Assembly: GCA_002633005.1 (NCBI GenBank)
Contig: NMRA01000499.1
Coordinates: 186,001-250,000 of the forward strand
Direction of reading: 5' to 3'
Length of the DNA: 64,000 bases
Source of the DNA: Phoronis australis
Taxonomy: Eukaryota > Animalia > Phoronida
Shown: piece after piece, positions 61,401 through 64,000 of the stretch
Layout: each line of letters begins with the position of its first letter
Position numbering within the stretch: the first letter of the stretch is position 1
Made by a program: the position numbers and the translations under genes
Notes under the pieces: generated by a model
The model's input: only the letters and a program-made list of their open reading frames with translations
What the model was told of the DNA's origin: nothing
Database searches by the model: none

Positions 61401-63105
61401 GCTGTGAGGATCAATATAAAAATTGGCAGAGCACAACAACCGATGTGAAATTTCAGTCGGGCCAAATTACTGTGGTGCCCCCTAGTGGAACTTTTTTTCT
61501 ATTTGAGACTGGATCTCCTAAAGAAATTTTGGAAATTTGGCAAGTGTATTGTTATTAACTTGATAGGTAGATCCCACTACCATGGTACCTCCTATTGTCA
61601 ATTGGTTTTTTTATCTTTGACTCTGTATTTTTGGAGTCACTTGATGTATTTTCGTGAAATTTGGCAAATAGTTTTCTTTTAGATAGATGATGATGCTCTC
61701 TCAGTTTTGTATGGATGTATTCTGTACCATTTTATGATACTAATAAACAACTTGTGGTGCAATCATGTGTGCATTTCAACACTCCATGTTGTTCTTGTTG
61801 TACAATTTCTAGGCTTCAGCGGCATTTGGGGCAGTGGTTTGTCTATATCAGCCCAACTAGGCGTTCGTGACAGCAACGAGGCATCATGGACACAGGTTCT
61901 TGACGTTTGCGAGTTCATGAGCGATGCAGTGAACATTCCAATGCTGTTAGATGCCGACACTGGCTACGGAAACTTCAACAATGCCCGCCGACTTGTGACT
62001 AAGCTAGAACAGCGAGGAGTTGCTGGTAAGACACGCATGTGTAGTTAAGCTTTTCAGTGACTGTATTGATTAACGTTTAATCAATTTGCACCATTGCTTG
62101 AGGAATAGACCATTTTTACGTGCTCGCAAAAATGGTTGCATGAAGTCAGCTTCACGTTGCTGTCTGCCTGTCATTACGCTTTTCACACAAACTGCTTTAG
62201 TGACTACCCCTTGTTAGGTATTTTAGTTTTTCACAAAATTCTACTTGTCCGCCAATTGCAGTCATAACGGCTTGGTTTTAATGAAACTTGATACAAGTGT
62301 TTATCACGGATGCGTCAGCACTAGTCAATTTTTGAGTGGATTTGACTACCGTGACACACCCCTGTTAGCTGTTTTGGTTTTCAAGAATTACCGTAAAAAC
62401 TATGGTTCTATTAATTAGATGATATCACCTTTTTATTTTCAAATGGATTAGACATATTCTGTGCCACATAGTGGCCATGTTTATTATCTTCCTGTCTGTC
62501 ACCAGTCGATTTTCAGCTTTGGTGTCATGGTGGCCAAATTACAGTAAAAATTCTTCAATTTGAAGCAATGAAAAATGAGTATTTTGCTCAAGGTTGGAGC
62601 TTGATTTTAGAGATAGGCAATAGACAAACTTCACATTTCATACTCTTTAATGCTGCATGATATTGTGAGTATGTGTTAAAAAGAGGAGCTAAACTGGTTC
62701 AAAATTGTGTGGTCTTGATTTCTACACAGATGTGAAAGGCGTTTCAGAAATACTGACCTAATTGGAAACCATCATCTTTGCTGCTGGTAACACATCACAG
62801 TTTAACAGTTATCAAGTGTCATTTGCCTTTTTGTACATAAAGTGTTCATTGCTTCTCTACTGACAACTTTCACAATAGTTTTTAAGTGCAAAGATGTAGT
62901 GATTCCCAATGTAGTTGATCATTCTGCATGCGAGAAGGCGGAGCTTTGTGAATGAGCAGGCTGTCTGTAACACCTAACCAACCAATCATTGCTTACTACA
63001 CCAGGTGCATGTCTTGAGGATAAGTTGTTCCCTAAGACCAACTCTCTGTTGGACGGCCGTGCTCAGCCTCTGGCTGATATCGATGAGTTTTCACTCAAGA
63101 TAAAG
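58458..63105 (+). CDS. PEPM: Phosphoenolpyruvate phosphomutase (PEP mutase, C-P bond formation), 5' part; gene continues past the window end
   Basis: Exons 58458-58533, 59275-59318, 60619-60715 ([11 protein letters not shown]), 61813-62025 ([23 protein letters not shown]...[18 protein letters not shown]), 63005-63105 ([14 protein letters not shown]). The last contains the PEP-mutase-specific EDKxxxxxNS motif. Start codon in GCCATGG Kozak context. Confidence 0.95.
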
Positions 63106-63317
63106 GTGGGTAATTGACAAACTCAGTTTTAATGCAAATGTTACAAACTATAAACTGTAGTCAAGATGATGCGAGAATCCAAAAATCGTTCCAAATTTGG
63201 CTAGCTTCAGAATGTTACAACTCCAGAAATGGCTGATCGGATTCAAATGAAACTATACTTTATGTGTTGTTCTCTAAAACGCAGCTAGGAATCAAAATGT
63301 TCTGATTTACATGCACT

Positions 63318-63359
63318 GTCAAACGTTTCGCTGAACTCCAGTCAATCCTCATCAGTGAC
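63318..63359 (-). ncRNA. Degenerate minimal hammerhead motif
   Basis: Minus strand reads GTCA-CTGATGA-GGATTGACTGGAGTTCAGC-GAAAC-GTT-TGAC: stem I GTCA/TGAC and palindromic AACGTT, but a weak stem II. Confidence 0.4.
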
Positions 63360-64000
63360 TGCACAACCAATAAATGGTTCTACAGTAAACCACAGTGCAT
63401 CACCTCACAACATGCAATCACATCAAGACTATAGATGGAGCTGTGTTGATGAACTCTGTATGTTACATACGACGACTGTAATGTTTTTATGGTAGTATAG
63501 GATCCTGGAAAAATGTCCAAATATGGCAAACTTTGGAACATCATGTCTCAGAAATGACAAACCAGATAACTATGAAACTTTGCTTTGTGCACTGTTTTCG
63601 AAGTATTTTAGGAATTGTTTAAAAATGTTGCACTTTTTTGCACAAGGGGTTATCAAATAAAGGACGTCTTGATTTTTATAAAACAACTTTTAAGTTGCAC
63701 ACAATGAAAATGAAATATTTTAGAAAACTGTAACTATGTTTGTGAGATCTCAACTTGAACATTTATATCAAATAAAATTTGATCATGTTATTGATACCGT
63801 CGTTTTGCTATCAATGTACCTAACTTTTTTTCTAAATATTACTAAAAAGTCATGGTCACGTGATCCAATTAACGGCAGATTGAAAAAGTCAAAAATCAAA
63901 TTCTACGGGTTTTCTTCTTTCAGAAATTATGTTTTTACCGAGTTAAAATTTATAGTTTTGTAGATTTTAAGCCAAATATGCAAACTTGTTAAGAAGGTTC

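Noticed and set aside
61813-62025. Isocitrate lyase / methylisocitrate lyase or bacterial contaminant
   Set aside because: The next exon carries [10 protein letters not shown] (PEP mutase signature) rather than K-K/R-CGH, and the gene has spliceosomal introns.

Overview
This is AT-rich, intron-containing animal DNA, most likely from a lophotrochozoan such as a mollusc (inferred from an intron-split PEP mutase very close to the Mytilus enzyme). Reading GT-AG junctions and checking reading phase by hand gives six spliced protein-coding genes. In order: the 3' part of a SERHL/kraken-type alpha/beta hydrolase (+), CCDC102A (-), an AT-hook plus ~10-finger C2H2 zinc-finger protein (+), mitochondrial ribosomal protein L16 (+), CUEDC1 (-), and the 5' half of a phosphoenolpyruvate phosphomutase (+). 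The PEP mutase carries an apparent mitochondrial presequence and sits head-to-head with CUEDC1. Two near-identical tandem blocks abut single-N gaps (12941, 38436) and are probably uncollapsed haplotypes; one pair exposes a presence/absence solo LTR. Introns also hold MITEs, tRNA-derived elements, minisatellites, a long palindrome and Penelope-type minimal hammerhead ribozyme motifs. Most ORF-track entries are spurious. No database searches were run; homology calls come from recalled family motifs.
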